NCBI GenBank assembly: GCA_026418695.1
Contig: JAOAAU010000148.1
Span: 16,354-80,353, forward strand
DNA: 64,000 nucleotides
Origin: Clostridia bacterium
GTDB taxonomy: Bacteria > Bacillota > Clostridia > Acetivibrionales > JAFADI01
Reading direction: 5' to 3'
Shown here: positions 10,297 through 20,321 of the stretch, one piece after another
How positions within the stretch are numbered: position 1 is the stretch's first letter
Layout: each line of letters begins with the position of its first letter
Translations under genes and position numbers: made by a program
The notes under the pieces: model-generated
What the model saw: the letters and a program-made list of their open reading frames with translations, nothing else
Database searches by the model: none
Told to the model about the DNA's origin: nothing

Positions 10297-11406
10297 TTAA
10301 TTTAATCCGTATTTCTTAATCGCTGCCTGATGATCTTTATAAGTTTTTGAGAACTGATGGGATCCGTCGCCTTTCGCAGCGAAGTATAAATAATCTGTTT
10401 TTTCCGGATTCAAGGCCGCTTCAATGGAAGCTTGTCCAGGAGAGCAGATTGGTCCTGGAGGCAATCCCTCATTCAAATAGGTATTGTATGGATCTTGAAT
10501 CTTTGTATCACTATCCAAAAGCTTCTCTTTAACTTTGCCGTCTTTCTTCAAAAATATGTATTGCAGCGTAGCGCAGGATTGAAGTTTTCTAAGGGTCTTG
10601 TCCTTGCTGTTGAGCCGGTTGTGAAACACACCGGAAATCACTCTTCTTTCGTCACTTTCCTGAGCTTCTCTTTCAATAATGGAAGCAAGAATGATGACCT
10701 GGTCAACAGAAAGTTTTAATGCTTTGGCCTTATTGTAATATTCCGGCTTGAACTTCTTATCAAAGTTTTCAAGCATTCTTTGAATGATCCCTTTTTCGCC
10801 TGTCTTTAAATCAAACTGATATGTATCCGGGAATAAGTAGCCTTCCAGCTTATATTCCCGCTTAGGTACACCTTCAAGAAATTTGAAGTCAAACTTCTCA
10901 TTATTCATCGCTTTAATAAATTGATCTTTATCAATCAGCTTTTTATCGGCCAGAACATCCACGGTTTCCTTCACAGTCAAGCCTTCCTGCACTAGGACCT
11001 TGGCACTCACCGGTTCACCGGAAAGCACCGCCATGATCTGGTCATAATTCAGCTTTTTACTTATATAATGCGTTCCGGACCGATAGGTACCGTCGAACCC
11101 ATTGATCTTTGACATCAGCTTAAATACAAACGGATACTTGATTACACCCTTTTCCTCAAGGCTTTTTGCAATCACAGTCGTACTGGCACCCTTGGGAATC
11201 TCAAACTCAATTCGTTCACTTTGGGCGATTTCGGGAATCTGAATTTTTTCTTTGTTTTTATTCTGGTCAAGGACATACTTGTAAGAAAAAATACTGCTTG
11301 CCGCTGTTAAAACCACAATAACTAAAAATAAAAGTGTCCTGAAAACCGCTTTTCTTTTCTTCCTTGGTTTGTTTTTCTTTTCTAGTCCAGTACTTGTTCC
11401 GCTCAT
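10297..11406 (-). CDS. mltG: Endolytic murein transglycosylase MltG (YceG-like)
   Basis: N-terminal TM helix, YceG-type core with LASIIEREA, and the C-terminal GDGSHQFSKTYKDH. Start probably ATG 11406. Confidence 0.9.
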   Translation of the reverse strand: MSGTSTGLEKKNKPRKKRKAVFRTLLFLVIVVLTAASSIFSYKYVLDQNKNKEKIQIPEIAQSERIEFEIPKGASTTVIAKSLEEKGVIKYPFVFKLMSKINGFDGTYRSGTHYISKKLNYDQIMAVLSGEPVSAKVLVQEGLTVKETVDVLADKKLIDKDQFIKAMNNEKFDFKFLEGVPKREYKLEGYLFPDTYQFDLKTGEKGIIQRMLENFDKKFKPEYYNKAKALKLSVDQVIILASIIEREAQESDERRVISGVFHNRLNSKDKTLRKLQSCATLQYIFLKKDGKVKEKLLDSDTKIQDPYNTYLNEGLPPGPICSPGQASIEAALNPEKTDYLYFAAKGDGSHQFSKTYKDHQAAIKKYGLN

Positions 11407-11486
11407 ATGAAAAATCACCACCGCTGTGTATGGTTAAATTCATGAGAAGGCTTCTTCCCATATCTTAACCAAAACCAAAATATCGC

Positions 11487-13316
11487 TTAACTCTGCTGTA
11501 TTTTACTCTTCGCTTTTGCCCTCAGCTCTGAATCAAGAATTCTCTTTCTCAGTCTGATATTTTTGGGGGTTATCTCAACCAGCTCATCATCCGAAATGAA
11601 TTCCAAAGCCTGTTCCAAGCTTAGAATTATTGGAGGTGTGAGTCTTAACGCTTCATCTGAGCCTGAAGCTCGCATATTCGTAACATGTTTTTTCTTGCAA
11701 ACATTGATAACGATATCCTCACTTCTGGCATTTTCTCCAACGATCATTCCCTCATACACCTTGGTTCCGGGATCAATAAACAGGTTACCTCTTTCCTGGG
11801 CGTTGTACAAGCCATAGGTTACAGCTTCCCCTTCTTCCCAGGCTACCATGGAGCCCCTTTGTCTTCCGGGAATTTCTCCTTTGAAAGATTCAAATCCATG
11901 GAATACATGATTCATTATACCATTTCCTTTTGTATCCGTCAAAAACTCTGACCGATATCCGATCAGACACCTTGCAGGAATCTTAAATTCAAGTCTGGTA
12001 TATCCCTGGTTGGCAGAATGCATGTTCACCATTTCAGCTTTCCTGGCTCCCAGCTTTTCCATAACCGCTCCCATAAACTCTTCAGGAACATCAATCATCA
12101 AATATTCTATCGGCTCAAGAAGTTCTCCGTTCTTTTCCTTATAAATAACCGTCGGTCTGGAAACCTGGAATTCATATCCCTGACGTCTCATGGTTTCAAT
12201 CAGGATAGAAAGATGAAGTTCTCCTCTTCCGGATACTTTAAAGGAGTCCGGAGAATCTGTTTCTTCTACTCTTAAGCTTACATTCTTTTCAAGCTCCTTG
12301 AAGAGCCTGTCTCTTAAGTGTCTTGACGTTACAAAGTCTCCTTCACGGCCTGCAAAAGGGCTGTTATTTACACTAAAGGTCATAGAAATCGTCGGCTCGT
12401 CGATATCGACAAAAGGAAGCGCCTCAGGGCAGTCAACATCACAAATGGTTTCACCGATGGTAATATCCCCTACTCCGGCAATAACGACAATATCACCTAA
12501 TGAAGCCTGCTCACATTCTACCCTCTTTAAGCCCTGGTAGGTGTATAGTTTGCTGACTTTTATATTCTGCAGGGATTCATCCTGCTTGCATACAACAGCC
12601 TGCTGTCCTACCCTGATGCTGCCTCGTTCAACTCTTCCGATTGCAATTCGGCCTACATATTCATCATAGTCAATGCTTGATACCAGCACCTGCAGCGGCT
12701 TATCGAGATATCCGCTTGGTGCGGGTACATTCTCAATGATGGTTTCAAACAATGGCTGTAAATCTTTCTTTTCATCCTCCAAGTCATAGATTGCATAGCC
12801 TTCTCTCGAGGATGCATAAATGACCGGGAACTCCAGCTGATCATCATCAGCTCCCAGTTCGATGAAAAGATCCAGTACTTCATCGACCACCTCATGAGGT
12901 CTTGCTTCCGGTCTGTCAATCTTATTTACAACAACAATCGGCTTAAGATTCAGCTGAAGCGCTTTACTTAAAACGAATCTTGTCTGGGGCATGGATCCTT
13001 CAAAAGCATCTACCAAAAGTACAACACCATCTACCATTTTCAAAACACGTTCAACTTCACCGCCAAAGTCAGCATGACCAGGAGTGTCAACGATGTTGAT
13101 CTTCATATTCTTATAATTAACGGCAGTATTTTTAGCAAGGATCGTGATTCCTCTTTCTCTTTCCAGGTCATTGGAATCCATGACTCTCTCTTGAACCTGT
13201 TCATTTTCTCTGAAAATACCGCTCTGCCTCAGCATTCCGTCCACCAGTGTCGTCTTCCCATGGTCAACGTGCGCAATAATCGCTATATTTCTTAAGTCAT
13301 TTCTAAATTCTTTCAC
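11487..13316 (-). CDS. typA: Translational GTPase TypA/BipA
   Basis: [17 protein letters not shown]1 motif and EF-G-like architecture. Start moved to GTG 13316 (GAAGGAG, 7 nt, GTG). Confidence 0.95.
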   Translation of the reverse strand: MKEFRNDLRNIAIIAHVDHGKTTLVDGMLRQSGIFRENEQVQERVMDSNDLERERGITILAKNTAVNYKNMKINIVDTPGHADFGGEVERVLKMVDGVVLLVDAFEGSMPQTRFVLSKALQLNLKPIVVVNKIDRPEARPHEVVDEVLDLFIELGADDDQLEFPVIYASSREGYAIYDLEDEKKDLQPLFETIIENVPAPSGYLDKPLQVLVSSIDYDEYVGRIAIGRVERGSIRVGQQAVVCKQDESLQNIKVSKLYTYQGLKRVECEQASLGDIVVIAGVGDITIGETICDVDCPEALPFVDIDEPTISMTFSVNNSPFAGREGDFVTSRHLRDRLFKELEKNVSLRVEETDSPDSFKVSGRGELHLSILIETMRRQGYEFQVSRPTVIYKEKNGELLEPIEYLMIDVPEEFMGAVMEKLGARKAEMVNMHSANQGYTRLEFKIPARCLIGYRSEFLTDTKGNGIMNHVFHGFESFKGEIPGRQRGSMVAWEEGEAVTYGLYNAQERGNLFIDPGTKVYEGMIVGENARSEDIVINVCKKKHVTNMRASGSDEALRLTPPIILSLEQALEFISDDELVEITPKNIRLRKRILDSELRAKAKSKIQQS

Positions 13317-13667
13317 AAGTATTCTCCTTCTAAAATCTATATCCAATATTTTGATCCAATTTTCTGCAAAACCATACACAAATGGTTCAATATCACTTAG
13401 TGTGAAATTCGCGTTGAGGTTACTTTAATCAAGGTAGAATTTAGTAACCTCGCTCATTATAATTTATCGTTAATTTATTGTCAACTCAAAAACGCCGATA
13501 TAGCTCTTTTTCAACAGTATTTTATGACTTCGACAAAGTTTTAAACATGAGCTTTAACGATAACGAACTATAAAGATAAATTTAAATTCGCTCAGCTCAT
13601 TTGAATGTCAAATTGCTGGCTCATTTGATTTATCTAGTTTTACAGTTCGATATCTCTAAATCAATCG

Positions 13668-16046
13668 CTATTTTAATTCAACCACAGTGACACCGGTTTC
13701 CCCTTCCCCATATTTGCCAAGCCGGAAGGCTTTGACATGGGAGTGGCTTTTTAAGAACTGATGGATTCCATTTCTTAGAACACCGGTCCCTTTCCCATGG
13801 ATCACAGTGACCTCATGCAAGCCTGCAATTGCAGCATCATCCAGGTATTTATCCACGGTTTCGACTGCCGCATCCAGGTTAAAGCCCCGAATATCCACTT
13901 CGGTAGTAATACTCTTTGCTTTGGATACACTAATGGTTCCCATTCCCGATTTGTGGGTTTCATTTTTTTGTTCATCCACAAACCTTAGGTTGGTCACATG
14001 GACATTGATCTTCATAATTCCCGCTTGAATCATTGCTTCCCCGTTTTTATCCGGTGGTGTCAGGACAATCCCTTTTTGATTCAAGTTGACAATCAGGACA
14101 CTGTCGCCCGGCTTCAAATTTTTCGGAGGTTTCACATAACCCTGTTTCGGCATTAAGGATTCTGCCAATGAGTCTTCAATACTATTCACTTTCTTTTTAA
14201 GCTTCATCCTCAACTCTTCTGCAGCTCTGTTCCTCTCCGCTTCCTGCCGCTCATTTTCCAGTTTTCTAAGCTCATCAAGAATCTGTCCGGCCTCGTCCTT
14301 GGCTTCTAAAAGAATCTTTCTTGCCGATTCCTTGGCCTCCCGCAGGATTTTCTCCTTTTGAGCTCCAATTTTGGATTTCTGCTCTTCCAATTCGCGTTTC
14401 AGTTTTTCAATTTCTATCCGGTAGGATTCAACCTTGATTCTTTCCTTCTCTGCCTCACTCCGGTTCTTCTCGATCGTCATCAGGATATCCTCAAACTGAA
14501 TATCCTCATGATTCAGGAAATCTTTTGCCCGTGTGAGGATATCCTCCGGCAGCCCCAGCTTTTTTGATATTGCAAAAGCATTACTCTTTCCGGGAACACC
14601 GATTAAAAGCTTATAGGTTGGCCGCAATGTCTCCACATCAAACTCACAGCAAGCATTTTCTACATGCTGCGTAGAAATTGCATACATTTTCAATTCACTA
14701 TAATGTGTCGTAGCAACCGTAATTGTTCCTGTTTGCTGCAGACATTCCAAAATGGACATCGCAAGAGCCGCCCCTTCCGTTGGATCAGTTCCTGCACCCA
14801 ATTCATCAAAAAGCACCAGGGATTTGTCATCGGCATTTTTGAGAATATGAACAATGTTCTTCATATGAGAAGAAAAAGTACTTAAACTCTGTTCTATGCT
14901 TTGTTCATCCCCGATGTCGGCAAATACTTTGTCAAATATACCGATTTCGGTCCCCTCATTTGCCGGAATGTGCAGCCCTGCTTGAGTCATTAGGGCAAAA
15001 AGTCCAAGGGTTTTTAACGTTACTGTTTTACCGCCTGTATTGGGCCCTGTAATCACTAAAGTATTGAATTGATCTCCGATCCACAAATCAATGGGTACTA
15101 CAACTTTAGGATCCAGAAGCGGGTGTCTTCCTTTTTTAATCACAACACGCTTTGATTCGTTCAGTCTTGGACAAACGCAGCGGTAATCCACACTGAGCTT
15201 CGCCTTGGCAAAGATAAAATCAAGGTTTGCCAGAAGAGATACATTGGATTTCAGGTTGGTCAATATTCCCGCTACATCCGATGTCAGTTCGGCAAGAATC
15301 CGCTCGATCTCAACTTGTTCCTTGACCTTGAGCTGTTTGATATTGTTATTGGCTTCTACAACAGCCATAGGCTCGATAAAAATGGTTGCTCCGCTGGAGG
15401 AAGCATCATGCACCAATCCTGGAATTTCACTCTTGTATTCCTGCTTAACAGGGATTACATATCGCTCTCCCCTCATGGTAACAATACTTTCCTGCATGTA
15501 TTTCTGGAACTTGGAAGACCGTACAATGTCATTCAGCTTATCCTTGATGGAGCCTTGAAGATCCCGCATCTGTCTTCGGATATTTCCCAGTGTCGTACTT
15601 GCACTGTCGGAAATCTCATCTTCCCCCACAATGGACATATTAATTTTGTCCTCGATTCTCTTGTTGGTCTCCAGGCAGTTAATCAGTTCCGCAACTACAT
15701 TCTGAGCCCCTGTCGCAATATTCTCACTGGCATATCCCTTCAGGTTTCTACATGCTCGAAGCGTATCTGAGATTCTTAACAGTTCTCCCGGATTTAATAC
15801 TGCGCCTACTTCCACTCGCTTCAAGGCAGGTCTGATGTCATGGATGCCCCCCATCGGCGGACTTCCCCTGCGGACGATAAAGCTTACGCCATCACTGGTT
15901 TCTTTCAACAGTCGATCCACTTTGGAGAACTCTGTCACCGGAGTAAGTGCTTCAGCAATCTCCCGTCCCAAATCCGATACCGTAAGACTCATCAGCTTTT
16001 TTATCATCTTGTCATATTCAAGAATTCTAAGTGTCTTTTCATTCAT
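13668..16046 (-). CDS. mutS2: Endonuclease MutS2 (MutS domain V ATPase plus C-terminal Smr)
   Basis: 792 aa. Walker A GPNTGGKTVTLKT, a coiled-coil middle region, and the Smr tail HGKGTGVLR. Confidence 0.95.
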   Translation of the reverse strand: MNEKTLRILEYDKMIKKLMSLTVSDLGREIAEALTPVTEFSKVDRLLKETSDGVSFIVRRGSPPMGGIHDIRPALKRVEVGAVLNPGELLRISDTLRACRNLKGYASENIATGAQNVVAELINCLETNKRIEDKINMSIVGEDEISDSASTTLGNIRRQMRDLQGSIKDKLNDIVRSSKFQKYMQESIVTMRGERYVIPVKQEYKSEIPGLVHDASSSGATIFIEPMAVVEANNNIKQLKVKEQVEIERILAELTSDVAGILTNLKSNVSLLANLDFIFAKAKLSVDYRCVCPRLNESKRVVIKKGRHPLLDPKVVVPIDLWIGDQFNTLVITGPNTGGKTVTLKTLGLFALMTQAGLHIPANEGTEIGIFDKVFADIGDEQSIEQSLSTFSSHMKNIVHILKNADDKSLVLFDELGAGTDPTEGAALAMSILECLQQTGTITVATTHYSELKMYAISTQHVENACCEFDVETLRPTYKLLIGVPGKSNAFAISKKLGLPEDILTRAKDFLNHEDIQFEDILMTIEKNRSEAEKERIKVESYRIEIEKLKRELEEQKSKIGAQKEKILREAKESARKILLEAKDEAGQILDELRKLENERQEAERNRAAEELRMKLKKKVNSIEDSLAESLMPKQGYVKPPKNLKPGDSVLIVNLNQKGIVLTPPDKNGEAMIQAGIMKINVHVTNLRFVDEQKNETHKSGMGTISVSKAKSITTEVDIRGFNLDAAVETVDKYLDDAAIAGLHEVTVIHGKGTGVLRNGIHQFLKSHSHVKAFRLGKYGEGETGVTVVELK

Positions 16047-16227
16047 ACAAACGATTTCCTCTTTCTAATAATCTCATCTTCATTAATTTATATAAAATGA
16101 CCCTTCCTTGCTTTTACAGGAATGGATCTTCATCAATTCTCATATCAAACTATTATAACATAAATTGATCGGGTACAAAAACCTTGTAGTTTTTCCCTGA
16201 TTGATACTTTCAGAAAGATGCGGCATA

Positions 16228-16236
16228 TGATATAAT
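16228..16236 (+). promoter_or_regulatory. Extended -10 promoter element for the HAD hydrolase gene
   Basis: TGaTATAAT at 16228-16236. Only a weak -35 is present. Confidence 0.4.
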
Positions 16237-16253
16237 ATCTTTTGGTGATAGCA

Positions 16254-16898
16254 TTGTACAGCAGTATTTTATTTGATTTCGACGGAACACTGATTGACAC
16301 AAACGAGCTGATCATCTTTTCTTTAAACGAAGCCGCGAAAACCTTCCTGGGAAAAGAAATTCCCAAGGAAGTTCTTCATACAATCCTAGGCAAAGCACTC
16401 GAAGAACAGATGAAATTACTCTCCGAGGATTACTATCCGCAAATGGTCCTTCATTACAAGGAATGTTATTTATCCAATCGGGACAGAATGATCCGGGAAT
16501 TCCATGGAGTCCGGGAAATGCTTCAAAAGCTGAAAACCTTGGGTTGTCAAACAGCCATTGTGTCAGCGAAAGGACGCAGTGGAATAGAGCATGGATTGGA
16601 TTTTTTCGGCATGCGTGAGTTTATCGATGTGATCATCAGCGCCTATGACGTTAAGAATTCCAAGCCCCATCCGGAACCTGCATTAAAAGCGCTTGAATTA
16701 TTAGGTGCTGAAGCCGGGAATTCATTAATGGTGGGAGACAGCCCCTATGATATACTTTGCGGCAAGAATGCGGGAATCAAAACAGTCCTGGTGGATTGGA
16801 CCCTATTTCCCAAGAAGTATTTCATGGAATCCTTGCCCGATTTCCGTATTGATACTCCGGATGCATTAATCGCCATCATTCAGTCGTCAATTGTATAA
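16254..16898 (+). CDS. HAD-superfamily hydrolase (PpaX / phosphoglycolate phosphatase-like)
   Basis: DxDGT motif FDFDGTLIDT, SAKGRS and VGDSPYD. I prefer TTG 16254 (GGTGA, 5 nt, TTG, giving MYSSILFDFDGT) over the ORF-track start at 16242. Confidence 0.8.
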   Translation: MYSSILFDFDGTLIDTNELIIFSLNEAAKTFLGKEIPKEVLHTILGKALEEQMKLLSEDYYPQMVLHYKECYLSNRDRMIREFHGVREMLQKLKTLGCQTAIVSAKGRSGIEHGLDFFGMREFIDVIISAYDVKNSKPHPEPALKALELLGAEAGNSLMVGDSPYDILCGKNAGIKTVLVDWTLFPKKYFMESLPDFRIDTPDALIAIIQSSIV

Positions 16899-16973
16899 TT
16901 TTTATTGGAACGGCAGATACTATATGTGAGATTATGTCAAATTCTGATTCTACAATAATAAGGAAGGTTTAAC

Positions 16974-17186
16974 ATGACCAACGAACAAAAATTTGAGATT
17001 ATCAAGGATTGCATCAATGATATCAAGGAATACAGCGAGAACAAAGAATTGTCCGTCAATGAAAGGCAGCACATCGCGAGGGCGATTTCTACCTATAACA
17101 ACCTTCTGGAAGATGCTCAGCGCGGTAAGGTGGATCTGGACATTCTGCATGAAAACATTGCCAGCTATTTATATTACCTTCAGTAA
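16974..17186 (+). CDS. Small hypothetical protein (70 aa)
   Basis: ATG preceded by AAGGAAGG with a 6-nt spacer. No family recognised. Confidence 0.5.
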   Translation: MTNEQKFEIIKDCINDIKEYSENKELSVNERQHIARAISTYNNLLEDAQRGKVDLDILHENIASYLYYLQ

Positions 17187-17189
17187 TAA

Positions 17190-17642
17190 TTATTTGAATC
17201 CCCTCTGTCTTAAACCTTCGTAAAGAATCACCGCAGCAGAATTTACGATATTTAAAGATTCAATGCCTCCCGGCATGGGAATTTGAACAAGCTCGTCCAA
17301 CAGCAGCATATTTTCGTTGGATAGCCCGGTAGCCTCATTCCCGAATACCAGTACCGTCGGCTTGGTATAATCCAGTTCAGTATATATTTTCTGTGCTCTC
17401 GGGGAAGTACCAACCACTGTCTTTCCTTCTGCTTTAAGTTTATTCACTAACTGTTGAAAGTCTGTTTCATAGCATATATCCGCCGAATCCTCATAGCCAA
17501 CCGCTGATAAACGGGCCTTTCGGTTCTTGAAATCAATACTTCTGCCTGTAAAATAAAGCTTGCTTCCCGTAGCACAAGCAAGCCTGATGATCACTCCGAC
17601 ATTTATAGGTTTTCTCAGGTTGTCAAAAACCATTTCAAACAT
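17190..17642 (-). CDS. SpoU/TrmH-family RNA 2'-O-methyltransferase (TrmL-like)
   Basis: NVGVIIRLACATG and the C-terminal knot motif SLNIVNSAAVILYE. The start is uncertain (17642 or 17633). Confidence 0.8.
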   Translation of the reverse strand: MFEMVFDNLRKPINVGVIIRLACATGSKLYFTGRSIDFKNRKARLSAVGYEDSADICYETDFQQLVNKLKAEGKTVVGTSPRAQKIYTELDYTKPTVLVFGNEATGLSNENMLLLDELVQIPMPGGIESLNIVNSAAVILYEGLRQRGFK

Positions 17643-17657
17643 TTTAAAAATCAATCC

Positions 17658-17912
17658 TTAATTATTTAAATTCACAATAATTTCTGAAGCAATTTCACTA
17701 TCCAAAGCAATCTGCGTAAATCCGGCCTGAATTACAATAGATGGATAACACTGTATCACCTGGATTTCCGTACCGGGAAATATCCCGAAAGCAGCCAGTT
17801 TCCTCAGCTTTTGATTGTCCTCAGTTTTCACCGTGACGATTTTTGCTTCCTGTCCGGCCTTCAACATTGTCAAAGGTATATTTACGCTGATGTTTTTGCT
17901 TTTTTGTTCCAT
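17658..17912 (-). CDS. feoA: Ferrous iron transport protein A
   Basis: 84 aa. LTMLKAGQEAKIVTV and GIFPGTEIQV are typical of FeoA. Confidence 0.85.
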   Translation of the reverse strand: MEQKSKNISVNIPLTMLKAGQEAKIVTVKTEDNQKLRKLAAFGIFPGTEIQVIQCYPSIVIQAGFTQIALDSEIASEIIVNLNN

Positions 17913-18088
17913 ATTATTTTACCCCATTTTTTTATATTGTCCAAGAGTCTTATTTCCGATACCGGCACCATTTCATAATTGCAGTTCGGGCACTTGAGTT
18001 TGTTGCATGATTTGCTCATAGGACAACCGCTGCAGCCGCTTCTGCTTTCATGTTCATTAAATTCGAATCCGCAAAACTCACACTTCAT
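17882..18088 (-). CDS. Cysteine-rich zinc-ribbon-like small protein in the feo operon
   Basis: MKCEFCGFEF..SGCSGCPMSKSCNKLKCPNCNYEM, with 9 Cys arranged in CxxC pairs. ATG 18088 follows AAAGGGAAGAG. The 3' end overlaps feoA by 31 nt. Confidence 0.5.
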   Translation of the reverse strand: MKCEFCGFEFNEHESRSGCSGCPMSKSCNKLKCPNCNYEMVPVSEIRLLDNIKKWGKIIWNKKAKTSA

Positions 18089-18187
18089 TTCACTCTTCCC
18101 TTTCAACGCCTTATCAAGATGTTTAGAAGGAAACCCATATTCCTTTACCTTGAGCCTGTAGATTTCATTTGAAACATCACTCTGTTA

Positions 18188-19639
18188 TTACCCCAGGTTA
18201 ATTCCCCACAAGACCAGAACCTTGTTGAGCAAGTATCCTGCAGCAAAAGCAAAGGGGAAGATAAATGCGCACATGGCCAAAGCAGTTTTCCATCCTCGTT
18301 CCTTGATCATCATCGTAAATTGAGCAACACAAGGAACAAAAAGAGTTAATGTCGCAGCAGCAACTACCAGCTGCCTTCCGTTGAGAACCCCTGAACTCTG
18401 CATATCAAACAGCCCTGCTGCACCAAAGTCACGTCTGAAGAAACCAAAGAGGAAGATCTCAGCTGTTTTATCCGGCAGGCCAATCATATTCACTACTGGA
18501 ACCGTATACCGGACCAGTACTTCAAAGAGACCTGTAATATTTCCAACCCAGATCAGTACACTGGCAAGGATAAACAGCGGAAGAACTTCTTTAAAGTACC
18601 AGTACATCCGCACGTAGGTTTTCTTTAACACATTGGAGAGTTTCGGCATCCTTAATGGCGGAAGTTCCATATAAAATCCCGCCTTTTCTCCCGGAATGAC
18701 CTTGGAAGTCAGATATCCGATCAGCATGAATATCAATACCATAAATACCAGCCATACCGCCATTGCCATCGGTTTTCCCGAAAGCAGTGCCAGGATTACG
18801 CCCAACTGAGCTGAGCATGGAATTGCCAGTGCTAGCAGGAAGGTGGATATAACCCTTTCCCGTTTTGTTTCAAGGGTTCTGCTGACCATAGTCGCCATGG
18901 TGTCACAGCCAAAACCAAGGGTCATGGGAATGACAGCCCTGCCGTTGAGTCCGATCTTTTTGAACACCCTGTCCATCAACATCGATATCCTCGGCAGATA
19001 ACCACTGTCTTCAATGATTGAAAACATCAGGAAGAAACAGCCTACTACCGGTAAAACAATGGCAATCGCATATTTAATTCCCAGTGTAATGATACCATAG
19101 TCATTGACAAAGAGATCGCTGACAACTTTCCATGGTATCAGACCATTCACAAATTGGTTAATATAAGGATTAATCATTTCATCAAAGATATTGGTTTCAA
19201 TGAAATCCACCATCGTCCCTGCCCCAAAGACACCGACGAACTGATAAAAACCATAGTAGAGAACCAATAAAAGCAGGGGAATTCCCGTGATCGGATTGAT
19301 TGTCAGTTTATTAACAATCTTCGCCAGCTTGCTGCCGGAATTTTTATCTACCGTCATCACCTTTTGAAGTATCTTTTTGCTTTCTTCCTGCTGCGTCCTT
19401 GAGATCTGGTATAATACTGATTCCGAGGTATTCTTTTTAAACTCATTGATCATTGCTCTGATTTCATTATAATTCGAACCGTCATTCTGTTTTACAAGCT
19501 CCCAGATCTCTTCATCCTCCTGCAGCAGCATGGTTGCTACAGACCGCTTGGAAAAAGCATAGTCGGAGTTTAAATGGGAAACCAGCCTGAATATCAAGTT
19601 TTCTATGTCTTTATCGTAGTTTAGGGTATTATGCTGCAT
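18188..19639 (-). CDS. feoB: FeoB C-terminal part (helical S-domain plus nucleoside-recognition/Gate membrane domains)
   Basis: Polytopic. Continues the FeoB architecture straight after the G domain (LNYDKDIENLIFRL...). ATG 19639 lies 10 nt after GAGGAG and overlaps the upstream stop. Confidence 0.85.
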   Translation of the reverse strand: MQHNTLNYDKDIENLIFRLVSHLNSDYAFSKRSVATMLLQEDEEIWELVKQNDGSNYNEIRAMINEFKKNTSESVLYQISRTQQEESKKILQKVMTVDKNSGSKLAKIVNKLTINPITGIPLLLLVLYYGFYQFVGVFGAGTMVDFIETNIFDEMINPYINQFVNGLIPWKVVSDLFVNDYGIITLGIKYAIAIVLPVVGCFFLMFSIIEDSGYLPRISMLMDRVFKKIGLNGRAVIPMTLGFGCDTMATMVSRTLETKRERVISTFLLALAIPCSAQLGVILALLSGKPMAMAVWLVFMVLIFMLIGYLTSKVIPGEKAGFYMELPPLRMPKLSNVLKKTYVRMYWYFKEVLPLFILASVLIWVGNITGLFEVLVRYTVPVVNMIGLPDKTAEIFLFGFFRRDFGAAGLFDMQSSGVLNGRQLVVAAATLTLFVPCVAQFTMMIKERGWKTALAMCAFIFPFAFAAGYLLNKVLVLWGINLG

Positions 19640-20216
19640 CTTTGATCTGCTCCTCAATGGTTTTTCTAATTTCGTTTAACCCCTTGTTTAAGGCGGCACT
19701 TGCCTCAAGAACGGGAATTCCAAGTATCTTCTGTAATTCCCTGCAATTGATTTCAATTCCTAATGCTTTCGCCTCATCCATGATATTCAGAACCAGTACC
19801 ACCTGGAAGCCCGCTTCTATCAACTGCAAAGTCAATGGTAGCATTCTGTTGATATTCTTTGCATCAATGATATGTAAAACCAGGTCCGGCCTTTCATTGA
19901 TGAGCAGATTCCTTGTCACTCTTTCCTCTTCCGTGATGGGAATCATTGAGTACATCCCCGGGGTATCGATCACTTCCAGTTTACTATTTCCATAAGTATA
20001 CCGGCCTCTGGATACCTCAACCGTAGTCCCCGGATAATTCGATACCGTGACGTAGGCCCCGGTCAAACTGTTAAATATCACACTTTTCCCTACATTGGGG
20101 TTGCCGATTAAGGCGATCTTTTTCTGTGCATTCTGTTCAACCTTGTGCGCATCTTTTCTATTAGTAAGATTTCTAATCCTAGAAATCATAGAGACTTTTT
20201 GATTGCAGCATTCCAT
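19629..20216 (-). CDS. feoB: FeoB N-terminal GTPase domain, encoded as a separate ORF
   Basis: GNPNVGKSVIFNSLTG (G1), DTPG (G3), NIMD (G4). ATG 20216 follows GAAGGAG with a 7-nt spacer. Confidence 0.85.
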   Translation of the reverse strand: MECCNQKVSMISRIRNLTNRKDAHKVEQNAQKKIALIGNPNVGKSVIFNSLTGAYVTVSNYPGTTVEVSRGRYTYGNSKLEVIDTPGMYSMIPITEEERVTRNLLINERPDLVLHIIDAKNINRMLPLTLQLIEAGFQVVLVLNIMDEAKALGIEINCRELQKILGIPVLEASAALNKGLNEIRKTIEEQIKDAA

Positions 20217-20237
20217 ACAAACACTCCTTCTGGATAT

Positions 20238-20252
20238 TGATAATTATTATCA
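20238..20252. promoter_or_regulatory. Fur box 1 (perfect 7-1-7 TGATAATtATTATCA)
   Basis: Exact match to the TGATAATnATTATCA core, 22 nt upstream of the feoB ATG. Confidence 0.7.
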
Positions 20253-20285
20253 TTTGCTAAGTAAAAAAATTTTCCTTCCTTGTAC

Positions 20286-20314
20286 ATTATAAAACATCAT
20301 TAAATGCAAATCAA
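20286..20314 (-). promoter_or_regulatory. Sigma-A type promoter of the feo operon
   Basis: On the minus strand: TTGATT (20314-20309), 17-nt spacer, TATAAT (20291-20286). Flanked by the two Fur boxes. Confidence 0.55.
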
Positions 20315-20321
20315 TATTTAT

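Noticed and set aside
13494-13501. GCCGATAT, an exact sigma-D -10 consensus, on the plus strand in the typA-mutS2 spacer.
   Set aside because: There is no TAAA -35 element at the required 15-16 nt spacing. There is also no plus-strand gene downstream, since both flanking genes are on the minus strand. Probably chance.
16242-16253. The HAD hydrolase mRNA as leaderless, because the extended -10 lies only 5 nt before the longest-ORF start.
   Set aside because: An in-frame TTG at 16254 is preceded by GGTGA at 5 nt and gives a canonical MYSSILFDFDGT N-terminus. A very short but SD-containing leader explains the layout.
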